Part shown: positions 59,696-64,000 of the stretch, piece after piece
How positions within the stretch are numbered: the first letter of the stretch is position 1
Layout of the letters: the number at the start of each line of letters is the position of its first letter
NCBI RefSeq assembly: GCF_009914755.1
Contig: NC_060926.1
DNA: 64,000 nt
DNA from: the human T2T-CHM13v2.0 reference genome, Homo sapiens
Strand: one strand, 5' to 3'
Notes under the pieces: generated by a model
Told to the model about the DNA's origin: nothing
What the model saw: the letters and a program-made list of their open reading frames with translations, nothing else
Databases searched by the model: none
Position numbers and translations under genes: made by a program

Positions 59696-61039
59696 TAAGC
59701 TACTATTTTCCTTCCAGTTTTGCTTTCCAAGTTCAAAAAAATTATCAGCCACCCTTACAACAAACAAATGCTCCCTAGTTCATTATTAAAGATGTCTTCG
59801 TCTTATAATTCTCAGAAACACTGTTTGCGCAGGAAGGATCTGGCAAGGAGCTTATAGTTGTTACTCAGAGCTATACAATTTTGTTTGGTATTTTCAGCTT
59901 TGGCCATAGTTGGAAAAGTCGTTGAGGGAGGCTGTCACTCTCTTCAGTATTCCCATGAGATTGGGAACCCACCTGAGTGACCTTGGTAATGAAAGTTGTT
60001 TTACAGCTGTTGGCTGGCAATACCATGCATGTGTACATATGTCCATCTTACTGGCTCCTCCGTCAGGCTTTTCTTCCCTGCTGTTGACTTTAGGTCTTTC
60101 CTTCTAATTGAGTGTTCATCTGCTCTAAGTCTCATGTGTTTTGGAACATTAAGGCTGGGTTACAAAAGCAGGCTTCACCAGCTCAGCCTACAGGAGTTCT
60201 TCAATAACTGTTGATGAGCAAGTGAGTGAGTGAATGGGTCGACTAGTGCTCACCCTTTGTGTAGAAGATGCATTTGAATCTAATTAAACAATTTTCGTCC
60301 TACCTCCCACTCTCCTTATTCCTCTCTGCCCCTTCCTTTCTGTTGGCTGGCAATGCAAGAAAGAGTCTAGCTATTAATTGCAAGTTGCTGCTGTAGTTTA
60401 TAATGAAAAGACTCTCTGTTGAACAGGGTCAATGAACAGAGGAAGGATATAGAAATAAGGAAAAAAGCTTTAGAACCAGCTTTGGTTTCAACCTTGACTT
60501 GGCTGACTCCTCACTGTGTGGCCTTGAGCCAATTATTCTCTTTTCTAAAGCTAATTCTCTTATCCTAAAAATCTAGCAAAAGTATACCTCATGGGTTGTG
60601 GTATTCAAGACGCAGCATATAAAATACCTACCATAATGCTTCAGAGCATAATTCTTACTTCATGTGAATTAGAAAATGAACACCAGAAAAACTAAGAGAT
60701 CTCTGCCTTGTCACTGGTAAAAACATACGCATCATGAGTCATTCTGACAAAGTGTAAGCTTTGTAAGACCACTATTTATCCCCTGTATGTTTCATGAATG
60801 GGACTTACATACTGGATTGCTAATATTATCAACCTCCTTGCAAGGAAGCTGTTGCTACCTTTAAGGCAAGTGAGGCCCAGAGAAGTTCAGTATTTTACCC
60901 ATGGTCACATGTGCAGTGGAAGATGGATGAGAGACTTGAGCCCGGGCTTTCTGATTCCAAGGCTGTGCCTTCTCTATACCGTCAGTTGCCTCCCTTTCTA
61001 AGAATGGCGTTGCTTTGAGCAGAACAAATTCCTCAACAC

Positions 61040-61560
61040 GTTCTCAGTTACATATGTTCAATCTAACTGGCATAAGTGGAAGCTGGAGCAGGGATTCTGT
61101 GGGGTGTGATAATGGGATCTTGTGGCTGAAAAGCACAGCCAGATCCAGGGCTTCAACAACGTCGCCGAGACTCTGTCTCTTTCCACCTGTTGTTCCTGCC
61201 CTTCTCTGATGGATGGGCTCTTCACTATTGGAGGCAAAATGGTCATTGTTGGTTGTGCGTTATCAGCTTTCCATTTGCCAGTTAGAGCAAAGAGGGCCTT
61301 GCTCCTAGCAATTCCATCAAAAGTCCTGGGCTGATGTTTATGGCTCTTAATGGTCTTGCTTGGAGCATGTGCCTATCTCTAAACTAATCCCTGGGGCTGG
61401 AGGATGGAAGTTGAGGGACAGTGGAATATGTTGATTGGCAAGGCTTGGGAGATGTGTCCAGGTGAACTCAATGCAGAAAGGCATGATTCCTCAAGGAAAA
61501 TCAGGGCGCACTTACTAGTGGAAGGGGAAGTAGATGCAGGTTAGGGAAACCTGTGGCTGT
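61040..61560 (-). mobile_element. Old MaLR LTR, MLT1K/L-like (a similar piece lies at ~63020-63420)
   Basis: GATCCAGGGCTTCAACAACGTC...GGCAAAATGGTCA...CATGTGCCTATCTCTAAACTAATC...GATTGGCAAGGCTTGG. Confidence 0.55.
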
Positions 61561-62161
61561 TCACCTTACAGTGCTTGATTACAGCTCAAGTCTGGGTCAA
61601 AATGAAGGGAGATGTGGTGGGCAGCCGCAGCCCTCAGCAACACAAGCGGAGCACAGGAACACCTCAGGGTCTTCCAGTTCCCATCTCAGAAGGTATGCAA
61701 GGATGCAGGATTCTATAATCTTTGAATCCCCCATGTTTATTATTTCTCTCTCTCCACAGGTAGTGGGATCACTCCATGTAATCTAAGTTACCCATCAGAC
61801 AAGGGCATCAAATGAAGTGATGATTAATTTTATTGATACCCTGGTTTTGCTGTTACTTGCCACACTAGATGACCTAAGCTGCCAAAGTCTCCCCTGAGAG
61901 TTCTCAGGGTTGCCACCCTAGTGCTAAGCCCAACCCACCCTTGCCTCTCTACTCTAACTTCTTGTGGACGCTACTGCAAGATGGTGCCGCACTTTTGCCC
62001 CTGCTGCTGTGTCCTCTGAAATGTGCTGCCAGCTTAGGAGCCACCTTCTGGCACACTATGGGTAGTAAGCTCCTAGGTCTGGTTTTGCTCTAGTCACTTC
62101 TCACTTCCTTGGCCATGCTGGGTTCCAGGTAGAAACAGAAAGAATGCTACCTTCACAACAG

Positions 62162-62372
62162 CAGCACTGTGCAACAGAACTTTCTTCCCTGGTGGAAATA
62201 TTCTATGTCCGCACCATCCAATACGGTAGCCACTAGCCACATCTGGCTATTGATCATTTGAAATGTGGCTAGGACAACGAAGGAAGGTTTTTAATTTATT
62301 TAATTTCACTTAACTTAAATATAAAATTAAATAACCACGTGAGGTCAGTGGCTACCATATTGGACGGTGTAG
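62162..62372 (+). mobile_element. MER3 hAT MITE
   Basis: CAGCACTGTGCAACAGAACTTTC...TCCAATACGGTAGCCACTAGCCACATCTGGCTATTGA...GTGGCTACCATATTGGACGGTGTAG. Confidence 0.88.
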
Positions 62373-64000
62373 TTCTACAGGATTCAGATTTGGTCCAAGG
62401 GGGTAGAACTAGGGTCTTGATGTTTTCCTGTCCTCTTCATTTCTCCTGTCTGTCATCCTTATTCCTCCTTCAGGTATCTGCACTCCTAATGTCTTCCTGG
62501 CAATTTCTTTTCTCCATTTATAAACCAGTTCATACAAATTGGTGCTTAGAGGGCTACCAGCCCATAGACCAGAGCTGCCAGGCAGCTCTCTTGGTCAAGG
62601 TCACCTGTGACACACCCCTACCCTTAGCAGGGAAAAGGGCCCAACAGTTTGTTTTCAGTTATAGCAAGAACAGATGGGGCGGGGAATTCTCTCCCCCATC
62701 CTCCAATAAGCTTGGGTGGGTGGACAGATCCCAAAGGATGGTGGGACAGTGGAAGCTATGGAGAGAGAAGAGGAACATCAGGAAGTAGCCTGGGCTCAGG
62801 AAGTGCCCTAACACTTAGGAAGAGAGAGGGCTAAGAACATTGTGCTGAATTCTGGTTGACATATCTTGGCCACACTGAGTGATGCCCTGGGAACTGTTCC
62901 AAAACAGAGGTGAGTTTGCTGCTGGAGGGTGATTTTGGATCCAGTCTCTAGCTCAATCGTTATAGCTTTAGAAAATATTAAATGCCTTGAGAAATATTTG
63001 GAATAGGAATCATTTCCATACTGTGTGGTAATTAAGACTTTTGGTTACAAGGAGCTCAACTACCTAAACTTAAAGAGGGGATTTACTATAAGGAAAAAGA
63101 AATGCCACCTAAGATCAGGGAGTGGCCAGGCCTCTGGAGTGGTTAGAAACGGTGACTGATGAGGGGGTACTCAGCAGGTCCCCTCTGCCCGTTCCTGCCT
63201 CCACCTCTCCCTGCACACCTGTTCTCTTCTTTCTCAGAGTAGCTATGATTGTGCTGTGGTGCCTGATCTTCCATGTCACAGGCCTAGACCTACAGAGAGA
63301 CGGGAGCAGCTCTTTTGGTCCTAATTTCAAATTCTTAAGAAAGGGATGCCTATGTCAATCCTGGATTAACTTCCCATCCTTGAGCCTGTCAATTATGAAC
63401 ATTTCCACAATTCAGTTATATGAACAGGCTCATCTTGATCCTACTGTGTAGATGAGGTTGGAGAGAAGAGACAGTCTCACTGCAGTCCACGTCAATGCGC
63501 CATCTCTAGCAGGGACCTGCCTCCATGTATCTCCAGCAGCATCCCCAACCCCCAGGAGAGCAAGCTGCTCATGAGGATTGCTGCTGAGAAGCATTTGTTC
63601 CTCATTATAGAATTTCCTTGTTGAGTGGCTTTGGTAGTTACCCTGGGCTTCCAGCACTTCAAGAAGATCACTATCAGCAGAGCAACTCCAGTTGAAGCCA
63701 ATTGCTTTCAGGCAGCAGAAACTTGGCCACAGTTTGGCTGGGAATCCATCTGCTTCTGGACTGGTCATAAAATTTGCCCATAAAGCAACTCATTTCTGCT
63801 CTTATTGTGTTTTTAGAAAAGTCATAGAAATGCATATCACTATTACCATCTTGTAAATGAAAATGTGACCTCCTGCCACAGAGTGCTTTTAGAATGAATC
63901 CTACATTTTGCCATATGTTAAATAAGGTGAACAGTAAAGAAGATCTTGAAAACACAGCCTTTCTCTGGCCATGAACAGCTATGTATACTTAAGCTTGTAT

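Overview
Primate (almost certainly human) genomic DNA containing about 46 kb of repeat-rich upstream sequence followed by the 5' end of TRPM8, the cold/menthol-gated TRP channel, on the + strand. Visible parts of the gene are a GC-box/TATA promoter (~46262-46316), non-coding exon 1 (ends 46376), exon 2 (55475-55596, ATG at 55480) and exon 3 (59621-59694); the gene continues beyond the window. None of the supplied ORFs is a real gene: they arise from Alu, L1, LTR or microsatellite sequence, and the true exons are absent from the track. The rest is Alu, L1, L2, MIR, ERV1/ERVL/MaLR LTRs, hAT MITEs and tandem repeats. Repeat subfamily names come from remembered consensus motifs, and boundaries of old elements are approximate. 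I see no new gene or multi-gene system. The most unusual signal is a set of locally templated rearrangement scars: a 54-bp-arm hairpin and a 17-bp-arm hairpin in TRPM8 intron 1, a ~270-bp direct copy and a 130-bp inverted copy each taken from a few kb away, and duplications with templated filler. Also notable are an L2-derived minisatellite 9 kb upstream of the TSS and a 293-nt pure pyrimidine tract in intron 2.
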